A stretch of DNA of 64,000 nucleotides from Chrysomallon squamiferum. Taxonomy: Eukaryota > Animalia > Mollusca. The position numbers and the translations under genes were made by a program. Of the stretch, positions 26,721 to 53,604 are shown one piece after another; within the stretch, counting starts at the first letter, position 1, and each line of letters opens with the position of its first letter. The stretch lies in NCBI GenBank assembly GCA_012295275.1, contig CM022674.1, positions 15,004,001-15,068,000 of the forward strand, read 5' to 3'. Below the pieces are notes generated by a model. The model was not told where the DNA came from and searched no databases. It saw nothing but the letters and a program-made list of their open reading frames with translations.

Positions 26721-27333
26721 CATCATGGCAATAATAAAAATAATAAAAATCATAATTACAGTTACAATTACAGTTCTTAGGAAAAGAAAACGAATATTAT
26801 ATTCATATATTCAACTGGATTAAAACACAATTAAATATTATTTTTATCACGTACCTGGATAATTTCCAGTATTTTGGTTTGTACAGGCCTTGTTAGCTGT
26901 AACAGAAAAAAACAAAAAAAAACAGAATAATTATAACAGTCATGCCTGATATAATAAGGACATCATATCTCCTTCTATTACTTCGTATTTGTTCTTGCTG
27001 CAAGTCTGATTGTTTGTATGTTTGTATCGTGCCTGTCAGCGTAGATAAAACTGTACACATTATTTACAACTACTGTTACAATTATCCATACATATTTGAT
27101 ACGTGTTTTACTTCTGAAGACCGCATAAAGAATCTTTCTTAAGTGAATTATTTTCGAAAATACCTCTTCTTTTTCTTTTTTCTTTTTATATGCATTAGTA
27201 CATTATCTTTATCTTTTATCTCTCCATCTTCATTTATCTGTCTCTCTGTCGTTGAATCGAATTATTACTTTATTTTTCTGCCTTTCGCTTTTCATTCTTT
27301 CATTCTCTCTATCTCTCTCTCTCTCTGTCTCTA

Positions 27334-27430
<97 letters not shown>

Positions 27431-27563
27431 GTATCCTTCTCTCTTTTAATGATATGTAAAACAAAATTACTCTTCGAAACACCAACATAGTGATATCAGT
27501 TTACCTACCTTGTACGTCACATGCTGTAAACATAACACACACCGTCACCAGTTTCCAAAACAT
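25160..27563 (-). pseudogene. Receptor A3 5' half (exons 1-4), disrupted, lying directly upstream of the C-type remnant
   Basis: Exons 27563-27509 [18 protein letters not shown]; 26896-26855; domain exon 26376-26037 is 340 nt (2-nt deletion, GTA ATA GAC GTG TAA); stalk exon 25324-25160 has an in-frame TAA at 25172-25170 where A4 has GAA. No A-type TM or tail follows. Confidence 0.8.
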
Positions 27564-29554
27564 TTTAATTCATCCGTCTTTCTGCTTAAAATAACAAAAA
27601 TATATTCTTACACATTTCCGCCAGCAACTACAACGTCAGAGATGTAGTACACTAAACAACATCGTATTTTTCTTTATTAGACTAACTGAGGAAAAGAACT
27701 AACAATCATCACAATAGAAAATAAACTAAATTACGCTCCATTTTTGTTAAGTCGGTTTTCAGTAGCGGGTTACGCATGAATACACGTAAATAGTAAAAGA
27801 GCAACATGTCTCGGGTAGAATAACCCGGGTAGTCATAATGTAAAAATAGAACCAGTGTAGACAGGTTCCTTATTATTATTATTATTATTATTTTATTTAT
27901 TTATTTTATTTTATTTTATTTTATTTTTGTAATTCTATATCAGATTTCACACACTGTAAAAAATACTTTCATTTTTGTAGTTGTTTCTGTGGTAAGTTTA
28001 ACAAGGAAGACTTCCTGTCCTTGGTTTAATAGAGCGTAAATAATAATAATAAATTATTAATGATTTTTTCTCAACATTATTGTGACTCTTTTGTAGCTCG
28101 TTGACTGATGATGTTGAGCACGTTGCTGTTAAGATTTCTTGGAAATCACGTTTTGTGCATCATACTGATCGGGTTGATGCGATGTTTGATGATGAATGTG
28201 TGGGTATTTTCTTTGAGAAAAGTTTGAGGCTGTGTGATGAAAGGACTGTTTTTGTTCAAAATGAGGATCAGACAGCTTTATTTATTCTGGAGGACATTTT
28301 TACTGTCGATGCCATTTGTGAATCTTAAATCAACTAAACTTCCAACATAAACTGGACAAAAGGAACTCGAAGCACAGTGAACATCCATTAAATCAAGAGC
28401 ATAATTAAATTGTTCAAGCTTTCCATAGTATCCTTAACACCAGCACAGAAAAGGGCTCTCCAGTTTTGGATCTGTTTCTCACGTTTTGCTCCATTGTATC
28501 ATGCACAATAGCGTTATGCTGCATTTCTGTCATGTATTATCATTGCCAAAAAGTTTGACTGCTCCAAATCGGCAAACCCCAATCAATATGCCTAAATCCC
28601 TTAGCCTCCATTTACATTGTTCGTGACCAGCTATTCGTCCTGGATTGTGATCAACAACGAATCAACTAACCTGCCTCTCCCCGACTCCTAAACCAGCTTG
28701 TTTTCTAGGCAGTTTGTAAGCATTTTATTATTACTGTAGTGTGTGTGTGGGTCCATTACGTTTATATCTTCACACCGGACTCTTCCTGATTGAATGGAAA
28801 TTGTTGATAATTGGCTCAGAATTTTAATTTCCACCATGAATTACAGAGCATCGCAGCGCGTCTGTGCGTGACATGTGACACAGAGTAATTGCTCAGTCTC
28901 TGGATGGGAAGTGTGACAAATGCAATCAATACCGATGCTAATTTCCTGAAAATTAGGATATGAACATATCTGTCTATTTGTATGTATGCGTGTATGTGTG
29001 TATTTGTGTATATATGTATATATATGTATGCAGAAACAAATAGAGAAAGATTACTTTTAAAGTAATAAATAAAGAAATAACAAATTAAAGAGAGATAAAT
29101 CAAACATTATTTGATATCTAGTAATAAATAAACACATCTTTCATTTTCAATATTTATTTTAACTGTGACGTCAGAGAAATGTTTTATATTTTACGATAAT
29201 GCTGACATTAGCGACTGGCATCGTACACAGAATTACGTCAACCTCAGTAATAAAAATAATTACGTAACACTCACTGGACTTTAGTTATTGCTTTCTGTGT
29301 CAGAAAATTAGAAAAATATTATTCATGGTCAAACGAAACATCAAACGGCGTTTCTTTCAGAGATACAATCATAAACTAAAAGAACATCAGAATTACTGTT
29401 TACACTAGAAACTTCAGGAAAACATTCGTAGGAAATGTACAGTATAAACAAAGTAGAGGAAATAACATTAACATGCAAAAACAGCTTTACTAGGTTATTA
29501 AATATAATTTGTGTTTATCACTGACGTTATGATGGTTATACGGGTCAAAGACGT

Positions 29555-33295
<3,741 letters not shown>

Positions 33296-33632
33296 TTCGA
33301 GACGCCGTCTTTCTGTTTAAAATAACAAAAAATATCCTTTCACATTTCTACCAGGAACCACAATGTCAGTGATGTCGTACACTAAACGACATCGTGTTTT
33401 TCCTTATTAGACTAACTAAGGAGAAGAACTAACAAATATCACAACAGAAAATAAACTAAATTACGCTTCATTTTTGTTAAGTCGGTTTTAAATACAGGGT
33501 TACGCTTGAATACACGTAAATAGTAAAATAGCAGTACTTCTCGGGTAGAATAACCCGGGTATTCACAATGTAAAAATAGAACCCGTATGGACAGATTCTT
33601 TTTATTATTATTATTAGTAGTAGTACTACTAC

Positions 33633-33688
<56 letters not shown>

Positions 33689-33801
33689 TGTAATTTTTTT
33701 TTTTTTTTGTAATGCTATATCAGATTTCACACACTGTAAAAAGTAGTTGTTGTGGTAAGTTTAACTAGGAAGTCTTCCTATCATGGGTTTAATAGAGCAT
33801 A

Positions 33802-33841
<40 letters not shown>

Positions 33842-33879
33842 GGAGAAGTTGCAGCAGTAGTAGTAGTAGTAATAGCAGC

Positions 33880-33913
<34 letters not shown>

Positions 33914-35735
33914 ATAGTAGTAGTAGTACTTTTGATCCTTGATTTGGTTTGCTGACCAAGAAATAGTCATTGATATGTGTTTCAACTAATCATTTTTCAC
34001 GATATCTATTTGAAAAAGTAAAACATAGTTGACATATTTGATAACTAAGCTGGCATATTACTAACAGCATGTAAGTCTTTATATAGCTAACATAACATCC
34101 GAGTAACCAAAAAGCTTATCTTTGATTAGTGCTCCTGTCTTATAGCCGGTCATCATTATATTAACTCTTTTATTTCTCAACAAAAACGATTAAGCAGGGA
34201 CTTGGTCTAACAGATGTGACTATTTTGTAAATCGTTGACTGATGATAATATTAAACACGACTTGAAGCAGACTGAACATCCATTAACTCACAAACAGAAT
34301 TAAATGGTGCAAGCTTTCCAGAGTTTCCTTAACACCAGTACAAATAAGAGCTGGCCAGGTTTGGATCTGTTTCTCAAAAGTTTTGCTTCATTTTATGATG
34401 CACAACAGCGTTATGCTGCATTTCTTTCATTTATTATCATTGATACAATTAGCTCTAACAGATAAATGACAACTGACAACCGATTATAGTTTTATATGTA
34501 TCTTTAAAAACAGCATGTTTCTGCTTAACAAGAACTGGTTTATCAACTAACTCGTCACGTGGTATCAGCTAAGGCTCCTAGTGAAGTGTGTTGATACACC
34601 TGACTAACTTCTGTTTCTAATGCACTATGTCAACAAGTGTCACTGCACCAAATCTCCCAACCCCAATCAATATGCCTAAGTCCCTTAGCCTCCATTTACA
34701 CTGTTCGTGACCAGCTATTCGTACTGGATTGTGATCAACAAGGAATCAACGAACCTCCGTCTGCCCGAGTCCTAAACCAGCTTGCTTTCTAGGCAGTTTT
34801 GCAGTATACTACTGTTAAAACAGGTTTGTATGTGTCTATATTAAGTTTATATTTTAACTGCGGGATGTTCCAGACCGAATGGACATTTTTGATGATTGGC
34901 TCAGAATATCGCTTGTTAATAGATAAAGTTTGATAAATGGTTTGTTGACATGAAAAATGTCATCAGTACAATTGCTAATTTTCTCAAGTTGGGATCAATT
35001 GCTCTTCACTGGAACAAGACGTCTCTTGTTTTTATCAGTGTGGAGAGTGACTTTTAGAAATGTCTTAGTCTAACACTTTTAAATTTGACATTTTGTTGTT
35101 CAATGGTCAAAAATTAGGATAACAACATATCTGTTTGTCTATTTGTACGTGTGCGTGTATGTGTGTATATGTGCATATATGTATATGTGTGTATGCAGAA
35201 ACAGATAGAGAGAGATTACTTTTAAACTAACAAAGAAAGAAATAAGAAATTAAAGAGAGATAAAACAAACATAATTTGATATCTAATAATAAATAAAGAC
35301 ATCTTTCACTTACAATATTTATTTTAACTGTGACGTCATAGAAATGTTTTATGTTATACGATAATGTTGGCATTAACGACTGACCTCGTACATGGAATTA
35401 CGTTCACCTCAGTAATATTCATAATTACGTAACAATCACTGGACGTTAGTTATTGATTTCTGTTTCAGAATATTAACAAGATATTATTGATGGTCAAACG
35501 AAACTTAAACGGCGTTTCTTTCATAGATATAATAATAAGCTAAAACAGAACCTGTATTTGTCAACATCATAATTATTCTTTACACTGGAAACTGCAGGAA
35601 AATCTGCGTAGGAAATGTACCTGTATAAACAAAGTAGAGGAAACAGCATTAACTTGTGAAACCACATTTACTAGAGTTTTAATTATACTGTGTGTTTATG
35701 AATGACGTCATGATGGTTATACAGGTCAAAGACGT

Positions 35736-37347
35736 CTACGTAGTTCCACTGATGTGTAGGTAAACGTGGCTATCGTCGATTCTTGAATGTGAGTTGTAAG
35801 GCGAGGTATCGTTATGCGGCAAATGCTCGTAGTTTCTCTCTTGGTTGTCGTGAGGCTGCTGTAGGTGTAGATAGATGTTACCCTCAATGTCGCTTTCGGG
35901 TGTGTTCACGTATTGCACAGCGTCATGTTGTAAATGTTCATAGTTGTCGTAGCTTTCAGTGCCTTGTTGATGTTGGACGTTGTTTACATCACTTGTTGCA
36001 TTGTGTTGTTTCTCCTGCTGTTTTTTCTTTTCCTTCTGCAATAACAACAATAATAGTAACAATAGCATAAAGGAAAGAAAAATCAAGAAGATTAGCAATG
36101 ACAACGACAACAACAGGGTATAATAACAATAATTACTATTACTACTACTGAATTCTTATAAATATAAAAAAAAAAAAATTCTGGTTTGTATAACTAGCAA
36201 ATGAAATATAAATGGAACATATATTTAGTCTTACATCATATTTTCATATTCTATTCTTTACATTCTAAAATCCGAAACACTTTCAGACCCAAGCATTTCT
36301 GATAAGGAATTCTCAACCTGTACTACTGTCACGAAGTTTACTACCTCTACAACTACTTCTACTGAAAATGTCTGACAAAATACACTACCTCTTGTAGTTG
36401 ACAATCAGAACAATATCAACAACAACGCCAACGAACAGTACTGCGATTAGGACCCCAACAACGATGGCAACTGTAAAAATAAATATAAACGTATTTCCAT
36501 TTAGTGAACGTTTAATAATATTTAACAATATCTCAGCATGTGTCTTTGTTATGGGTTATAGCACACAACTTTTATAAAAAAAATAACTTTACGGATGAGC
36601 TACACCTTCCTGTAAACAGCTGAATTATCAAGCACTGTCCATGACGGCAAATAATTCATTATGAATCCATATTTTACAATATTAAAAGTTAAGATATGTT
36701 CTGAACAGTACGGTATATATGGTATTTTGTGATATGGTGTGTAATGATATATTATATATGATGTATTATGGGACTTAGCAACTAATTAAATGTGAATCCA
36801 TATTACGTAAAAGGATTAGCACTAAGATAATATGAACAGGTGTGCAGTACTGCTACGGTGGTATGGTGTATTATTATGTGTTATGGTTCATAATCGTTTA
36901 TATATATATAACATACCAATTATTATCTTAACAATAACATTTAATTATGTATGTATACTGGACATATGTTTGTATATATGTGGGTAAGTATATGTTTTCA
37001 TGGTTGTACTTGTAGCTGAGCTGCTGGTTGACATCGTGGTTGATGTTTCTGGTTTAATGGTTGTACTTATACTTGAGCTGCTGGTTGACATCGTGGTTGA
37101 TGTTTCTGATTTCATGGTTGTAATTTTAGTTGAGCTTCTGGTTGACATCGTGTTTGATGTATCTGGTTTCATGGTTGTACTTGTTGTAGTAGAGCTTCTG
37201 GTTGACATCGTGGTTGAGGTTGTAGTGGTTTGTGTTGTTGGTTGCGATGTGCTAACTGATGAGGTACAGAGTACGCTGAACTCACCTTTTTAAAAATTAA
37301 GTACTACTACAACCACTACTACTACTATTACTACTAATAATATTAAT

Positions 37348-37394
<47 letters not shown>

Positions 37395-37627
37395 TAATAA
37401 TAATAATTAACAACAATTAATGAATGATAGTAAAGGTAAACAACAACAGCAATAATAATGATAGTAATGATGATGAAGATGATTTATAATGATAGTAATA
37501 ATAAACAATACCAAAATCATTATTAATAATTAATAGCAACCGTGATAGTAATAATTAATGATGATAATGAAAATAATAATAAACCATAATAATAATAATA
37601 ATAATGGTAATAATAATAATAATAATC

Positions 37628-37658
<31 letters not shown>

Positions 37659-37943
37659 TTTAGTATCATAGTAATAATAATAAACAATAATAATAATTAA
37701 TGATGAGAAATATAATGATTATGAAGATGATGATGATGGTTATATCAATATCTCTCTATACAATAACTCTAAAAGATTGTTTACCCTTATGCTTCAATCA
37801 GCTGGACAGGAGAAATGATTAATTCTTTATCATGCAACTTGAAAAGGAAATTTGTTTTAATAATTTAGAAGATTTTGAATATCATTTTGAAGAAATGGTT
37901 GAATGGAAACATAGGTCATTCCACTGTATGAAGAACAAATGAA

Positions 37944-38024
<81 letters not shown>

Positions 38025-38086
38025 TCAGTTTCTCTCTGTACATTATATAGTTACATCATTATACATACACATACATACATACATAA

Positions 38087-38129
<43 letters not shown>

Positions 38130-38173
38130 TACATATATATATATACATACATATATATATATATATAGATATA

Positions 38174-38209
<36 letters not shown>

Positions 38210-38221
38210 TATATAAACTGA

Positions 38222-38268
<47 letters not shown>

Positions 38269-38762
38269 TTCTATACCTGAACCACTTGTTCTTAATTCAA
38301 TGCAATGTGTGACTTTTGTTGTCATGTCAGCTTCTAAGTTCAACAAGAAATCAGAACCAAACTGATTTAAACTAGTAAGTCCGTTACTGCAAATGTTTGT
38401 AACAGTTGTATCCTTTTTCAGAGAGAATTTTCCTGTGCAGTCATTTTGAGAAGTCTGTGTTAATATGAAAGTCAGCCAAATATTTGAAGTAGCCTTAATC
38501 TGACAACTACAGGTAGTTGCTTTAGTTGCAGGTACAAAGACGTCAAGGTAAACTTTTCTAACAGAGTTGACGATGTCGTTCTGACACATGCGTAGAACTG
38601 GAATATTTACTTCAAAGTAAATGAAATAGAAACATAAATAATTAAAAATTAATTAATAGACGGATGATTGGCTAAAAGTAGTGTAAGAAATATTGAAGAC
38701 TGAGATGTTGATTGTTTCATAAAATAATTAAAAAAATGTAAATTTTTAGCAAGAAGGAGTCC

Positions 38763-38821
<59 letters not shown>

Positions 38822-39481
38822 TAATACATCAATAATAGATGTAGGTGTGTTTGTACTAATGATTATAGAACAACAACAATAATCGGATAACGAAAATGAA
38901 AAAAAAAAAAAAAATAAATAATGATAATAACAAATTAATAAATAAAATAGATAACCTGCACTATTTCCAGTGATGTTCTTGGAACACGCCTTGTACGCTA
39001 AAACAAATTTTCAGTTAAGTTTCAATAAACAGTAATATCAGTTAATTTTCTGTATCACTAAACAAAACACTAGAATCCATCGTTTAAATTTTTATCATCG
39101 TCACTGGGAGTAAACCGTTTATTTAATTACGTCATAAGAGCACTTTGTTTATTTATTTTTTAATTGTTTTATTATTATTTTTTTATCGGCTGTTTTAATG
39201 TGTCAAATCTTTGTTAAACATAATCGTAGTTTTATGTTTCTTTATGAAATAAACATTTGATTCTACCAGTATAACACGCTTTATGTTGTTTTTATTTGCT
39301 TGTCACTTCAGCCGCCTCTGCAATCTGTCCTTCCTCCGTTCATTTAAACTTTGAAATACATACATTCATATACATATAAACTTATTCATACATGTCCAAA
39401 CTGAAACACTGAGGGAACCCACAGACACACATATGTATAGACACACAGAAAGACAGATATATATGTATCTATATATACATA

Positions 39482-39515
<34 letters not shown>

Positions 39516-39780
39516 AATGCATATCTTATATATATAGCAATATAGATAGATCGATACAGAGATAGATATAAAATCGAGATTACATAGGTTCTACACACAT
39601 ACAATGAATATTATTCTTCTGTCCTATTCATTTTTGTATTTGCCATATATATACTTATTTCATTTCTGAGTTTTAATTTATGTGTCTTAAATCCAATATT
39701 ATATATAAAAATCACATACCTTGAGATGCTATAAAAGCAACAGAGAAGAATATTAACACATAAGACGTCTTCCACACCAT
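35736..39780 (-). pseudogene. Receptor B2: stalk-exon donor deleted (read-through stop at 36945) and 1-nt deletion at the start of the tail exon
   Basis: Exons 39780-39720 MVWKTSYVLIFFSVAFIASQ; 38997-38956; 38597-38277; stalk from 37285 runs into intron sequence (TTMKTYTYPHIYKHMSSIHT*); TM 36470-36389; tail 36035-35736 is 300 nt vs 301 in B1. Confidence 0.75.
36150..36320. mobile_element. Right half of the same MITE in B2 intron 5
   Basis: Matches ~8490-8711; left TIR missing. Confidence 0.6.
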
Positions 39781-40308
39781 GGATTTCATACTGCGACATG
39801 TCTACCTTTTCAACGTTGACGCACTGTTCACTGTCTGAAATTTAGATATCTTATACATTCACACTTTCTTTCTGGTCTTTCAACATTCAGTATTACTTAA
39901 TTTATTGAAACACAAAAGACTAATCTTTTTAATATTAGTGTACATTCAATCTAGATACATTTACATTTTTTTAAAGAGTATATATACATGTATATAATAG
40001 TATGTGTATCTTTAACTGTTTTGTATGCACTTCTGAAGTGCGTCCATAAAACGAGTTCTATTGAAAAAGAAAAATAACAACAACAAATCCCGAGTGAAAA
40101 ACCGGTTTTCCACTATTTTAAGGGTTAAAAATAATCTGTGGTTTTTTTCTCTCATAATCGTGTTCTCATTTTCGTCTTTTCTTTATTGTTACGCAGCAGT
40201 TACAGGAGAGTGTTAGAAATGGTTGGTGAGATAAAATATTTCAAACTGTACTCGTATAAAATTATGTAAATACAGAAAGAGTGTGTATGAATATTAAATG
40301 AATATTAA

Positions 40309-40339
<31 letters not shown>

Positions 40340-41396
40340 CAAGCAAACATACATATGTAAACAGAGACAGACATACATACATACAGATATTATTACGTAC
40401 GTGCATACATATAAATATGGACAAAAAATCACAAGAGAAAAGGAGGAAGAAGAAAAAGATCATACAGTGATGAATGTAATAGTTCGTCCCACTTTCTATG
40501 ATTGACATATTAATATGTTATTACACAATCAGCTTTACACTGGCCACACAAATATACGAAGCCACAGCACAAAGAAATCACCAGCCAAACATTGTAAATA
40601 TTGTAGTTGAGAATATTCAGAAAGAACTTCCTAGTTGAAGTAAACTACTTGCTCAGAAAGCGTAAATAAAAACTGGGGTGTGAGATCTTTGAAAAGATGA
40701 AATTTGCAGGCTTTAGAAAATAATAAAATAGGAGTAGAAGTAGTAGTAATAGAACTGCTGGCAGAAGTAGTTCTATTAAGTACTATTACTAAAACTACTG
40801 TTATATACTAATTGGAATGTCGATGACGATGATGATTCAGCGTGTTATTATGTGTGTTTGTGTATTTTTTATTTTTTTCTCGGTCGAATTTAAGTTCTTT
40901 TTGACACACTCAAAAGTCAACTTGCCCAGAACGAAAGCGGATCTGCAGTAAAAAAATGCATAAGAAATATTTTTATTTGACTCTCTGGGCAAAACACAAA
41001 ACAACTGAAATGATCAGTATCTGTGCTGGCAGATGGGAAATAAAAAATGAAAAGAAAAATAAAAAAAGAGAGAAACGCAGGAGAGATAGGTCTTAGAATA
41101 GGACGATGTTCTTTGTAATATATATAACTGATTTCTGTCTTAACATATCGAATTTATCCTGTAAATCTATGAAAGACACGACCCACCAATGTTGTGTTAT
41201 ATTGGACCGTTGAAAATAAGCAGGATAAATCTTATAACTTAAGACATTACTAAACAGTACTTTTTTCTTTTGTTTCTTTTCTTTTTATTCTAAATAATAA
41301 TAATAATAATAATAGTAATAATAAAAATAATAAGATTATTATTAATAATAATGATGATGATAATAATAATAATAATCATAATCATAATAATAATAA

Positions 41397-41451
<55 letters not shown>

Positions 41452-41712
41452 GTAAATTAACGTTTGCTTATCAACTCAACGCTGTAGTCACTTGTAGAAT
41501 CACGCTTATTCATTCTGTTGTCGCCATTATTTTTCTCGTACCTACACTACCTCATTTTGTTATTGGTTGTAAGAGAAGAGATGAGAAGTACCTTGGTTGT
41601 TCTCTTTCTTTCTATTTCGTTGTGCTGTTAAGGCAGTGACATCACTCTAGCGACGTCATAACTATTGCTTTATAATTATTATTATTATTATTAAAATTAT
41701 TATTATTATTAT

Positions 41713-41747
<35 letters not shown>

Positions 41748-42292
41748 TTGTTCTTCTTCTTGTTGTTGTATGTATGTGAGTCAGTATATGTGAGTGTAGT
41801 TATATTTAAAGAAAGAATACTTTCAAAGTAACAAAGAAAGAAATAACATAAAAAAATGATAAAATAAACATAATTTAATATCTAAAAATAAATAAACACA
41901 GCTTTCATTTACAATGTTCATTTTAACTGTGATGTCACAGAAATGTTTTATGTTATACGTTACTGGTGACATACGTTCACCTTGGCAATAATCATAATTA
42001 CGTCATAATCACTGGATGTAAGTTAGCGGTTTCTGTCTCAGAACATGAGAAAGATATTAATTATAGTCAAACGAAACATAAAACTGAGATATAATTATAA
42101 ACTGAAACAGCATCATAATTATTTTTTACACTAGAAATAACAGGAACATCTTCGAAGGAAATGTACAGTATAAACAAAGCAGAGGAAATAACATTAATAT
42201 CTAAAAATAACATGTGAAAACATCTTTACTCGATGTTTAATTCTAATGTGTGTTTATGATGACGTCATGATGGTTATACGGGTCAAAGACGT

Positions 42293-45742
<3,450 letters not shown>

Positions 45743-46159
45743 GTTAATTCCGCCGTCCTTCTTATTAAAACTACAACAAATACTTTTACATAATTCCAGG
45801 AAAAACATAGCGTCAAATGACTTAATGCAATAACTAAGGAAAAATAACATGAATACTTCAGAACTAAGAAATTATCACAGTAAAAAATAAAATAGAGTCA
45901 GCTTCATTTTTGTGAAGTGGGTTTTAAGCTACCGGGTTACGCATGAATACACGTAAATGGTAAAAGAGTAATTCGTCTCGGGTAGAATGACCCGGGTATT
46001 CATAGTGTTATGATAGAACCAGCAGTCAGATATTTGTATTTATTTATTTCTGGAGTGGTTAACTTGTGGGAGATTTTACACTCAAAGAAAATTGTTCTTG
46101 TTGTTGTGTTGAGATTAACAAGGAAGGACAATCTTCTTTGTAAAATGTGTGTGTGTGTC

Positions 46160-46238
<79 letters not shown>

Positions 46239-46483
46239 AATAAAATAAAATAAATTCAGCGCACATTCTTGACGCTAGTAGATTCACGCTGTGATTTAAC
46301 AGATGAAAATTAACACATTTCAAAACCGGTTATACCTGATACCTAATCTACCTCATCTTTTATATTGTTATTACTTTTTTACTTTTTTTTTTTTTTTTTT
46401 CCATTGGTTGTAAAATCATGGATGAGAAATATGTCGATTATCACCTTCGCTACTGGTGCGTTACGACGTTATAACTGCGACGT

Positions 46484-46605
46484 AATTTAGTCGACGTCAT
46501 GCAACCGTTTTAGCTTTGACGTGTGAGACATTTTAGAAAATCGATACATCCCTGTTACGTGTTTATATTATGTCGGGTATATTGTTTCAGCTGCAATAGA
46601 TCATA

Positions 46606-46666
<61 letters not shown>

Positions 46667-46894
46667 AGTCTGTGTGTATGTATATATATATATATATACT
46701 GTGGTACCTTGAATTACGAGTTTAATTCGTTCCGTAACCGAGCTCGTATCTGAATTTGTTCCTATATTAAATCAGTAATTTAGTCGACGTCATGCAACTG
46801 TTTTAGCTTTGACGTGTGAGACATTTTACACAATCGATACATCCCTATTACGGGTTTATATTATGTCGGGTATATTTTTCAGCTGCAATAGATC

Positions 46895-46976
<82 letters not shown>

Positions 46977-47052
46977 TGTGGTACCTTGATTTACGAGTTT
47001 AATTCGTTCGGTAACCGAGCTCGTATCTGAATTAGTTCCTATATTAAATCAG
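46484..47052. repeat. Local ~290-bp tandem duplication (two copies)
   Basis: taatttagtcgacgtcatgcaac...(GT)n(AT)n...gagctcgtatctgaatt...cctatattaaatcag occurs twice back to back. Confidence 0.9.
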
Positions 47053-47520
47053 TTTTCCCAACTGAAATTAACTAAAATACCATTAATCCGTTCCAGACCC
47101 CAAAAATTCATCCTTTTGTTGTTGTTTTTTGTTTTTTTGTAACATATTTTTACATAACAGAAATGTATTTATAAATGGTAAATATTGTATTAAAAACAAA
47201 ATAAAAAACGGAATATAAAGAAATAAATTGGTATTGTAAAGTGTATTTATCTTGGAGATCAGAACAATTATTTTAACGTCTTTGGCTGGAGTTACAGCTT
47301 TATCGGCTCCTTCTGCTTCAGTATGGTACTCACTTTCTTAGGATCCATGGTCAGAAAGAAGAAATTTTGCAAAATATTGCACAAAACGCGAACACAACAC
47401 ACTGAGATGTTTCCGCGGCGAGGTCACCTCGTGAAGTAAACGAGTGAGACGCGGGATGCTCGGCGGATGGTGCGTTGTTCGTTGTGCCAACTAGCGGCAG
47501 CGTATCTGAAGCTCGCTCGA
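46975..47520 (+). mobile_element. Tigger-like DNA transposon/MITE fragment; its 5' end also duplicated at ~46699-46775
   Basis: Begins c(t)gtggtaccttga(a/t)ttacgagtttaattcgttc, and contains ccattaatccgttccagacc, resembling Tc1-mariner/Tigger MITE ends; right boundary uncertain. Confidence 0.5.
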
Positions 47521-48086
47521 TTTTTTATTAATGTTTTTCTTTTTCTAGTAAAAAATCAAATCCATTTCAATTGATACATTAAAAAAAAAGTAAATAAATA
47601 ATCGAAATAAAAATAAAAGGAATGAAGATACAGATTTCAGACTTGGAGTAAATGGATGTGAACAGTGGAAATTATTTTAAACAATTACTTAGCAGCTGGG
47701 TGACCCTTCTCCATTCTTCATCTTAGAAGCAGAAACAACAAACTATTTAAAAATTTATTATTTAAATATCTGAATTTTGTATAATGCTTTCAAAAAGCCT
47801 TATTAATCTCACTTTGTTCATTTTACTGTTTATCCATTACGCTCAGGTTTAGACATTATGTCTCTTCAAATAAATAAATAAATAAATAATTACATCAATA
47901 AATAAATAAACAAATATATAAATAAAAACTATTTAAAACATTAATGGAAATGAAGTAACCGATCTTTTCACTACTAAGCTACCTAACATTTTGAACTTTT
48001 CAAAATAAATCTTTACGAGAGATCAAACGTCTGACACACATAGGTAAACTGTACAAAATGTCAGTCTAACTCAGAGACAAGCTCTG

Positions 48087-52886
<4,800 letters not shown>

Positions 52887-53565
52887 GGCCTGCATATTAC
52901 GACATGTCAGTGTTTTCAACATTGACACACTCTTCACTGTCTGGTATCTTGTAAAGTTATTACATTTTAAAGTCAAGTCTTGTAATGTCCTGCAATGACT
53001 TATAAAGTGACAGTTAATCCGAAAACGTTCCAGCACTTGAATGTTACTTGTAAAATGTCATACACCGGAGAAATGAACGAAGATGTAACTGTTTAATCTT
53101 AAGTATTATGGAGGTCAGGCATAAAGAATTTTTTGTGAGCTGCATGACAAGCAGAATCTATATATATATAAACTTTTTGTGTTTTCTATTTGAATCATAA
53201 GTGCTTCCATACAAAGCTACTGTACTGAAAAATAATAACAACGCGGATACAGAAAGAAAAGAAAATACCAACCGGTTTTTTTTCGTGTTATCTGACATAA
53301 AAATAATTTCTCTTTGTTGGGATCTTCTCGTGTTATCATTTTGATCAGGTTTTTTCAGTTCTTGCTGGGCAATTTCAGAATCTTCACAGTATGTGTAATG
53401 AAAACATTTGCATATATTTCAACGGTAAATAAATAAATAAATAAATAAATAAACAAAACAAACAAATAAATAAATAATTAAATAAATAAATAACCAAACA
53501 AAGGGACAAAAACTAACTAAGTAAATAAATAAATAAACTAACAAACAAACAAACAAACAAACAAA

Positions 53566-53604
<39 letters not shown>

